In this document: positions 14,777 through 14,790 of the stretch, piece after piece | Layout of the letters: every line of letters starts with the position of its first letter | How positions within the stretch are numbered: position 1 is the stretch's first letter | NCBI GenBank assembly: GCA_043816965.1 | Contig: JBDRHK010000062.1 | Coordinates: forward strand, 1 to 14,790 | Source: Candidatus Iainarchaeum sp. | GTDB lineage: Archaea > Iainarchaeota > Iainarchaeia > Iainarchaeales > JAFCCJ01 | DNA: 14,790 bases | Direction of reading: 5' to 3' | Position numbers and translations under genes: made by a program | Notes under the pieces: generated by a model | The model's database searches: none | Told to the model about the DNA's origin: nothing | What the model saw: the letters and a program-made list of their open reading frames with translations, nothing else

Positions 14777-14790
14777 TCGCCACAACCAAC

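Noticed and set aside
14752..14790. Possible C-terminus of a minus-strand gene (...VGCGDSLTGWLD*) or the end of an RNA gene
   Set aside because: Only 39 nt are visible, too little to support a CDS or RNA call.

Overview
Archaeal chromosomal window, probably from a DPANN-type lineage (inferred from archaeal marker genes, TATA promoters and many ORFans; not verified). The recognisable genes are proteasome beta subunit (psmB), aCPSF1 beta-CASP ribonuclease, AK6/Fap7-type adenylate kinase, an AMMECR1-domain protein, a DUF6516 + winged-HTH toxin-antitoxin-like pair with a palindromic operator, and three surface proteins (an Ig/CARDB-like membrane protein, a 1152-aa lipoprotein with a C-terminal TM helix, and an internalin-like LRR lipoprotein). 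Between these lie small, strongly Lys/Arg-rich ORFans, several starting M-x(0-2)-P-[KR]. Four of the basic ORFans carry their own TATA-like motif 27-28 nt before the start codon. In one, a 36-bp unit covering the start context and basic N-terminus is tandemly duplicated. Other signals are a 61-bp-periodic TACATAA array in the largest intergenic gap, a frameshifted relic of a diverged copy of the HTH gene's 3' end near the window end, and a promoter motif shared by two convergent transcription units. No rRNA, tRNA, CRISPR array, transposase or integrase was seen.
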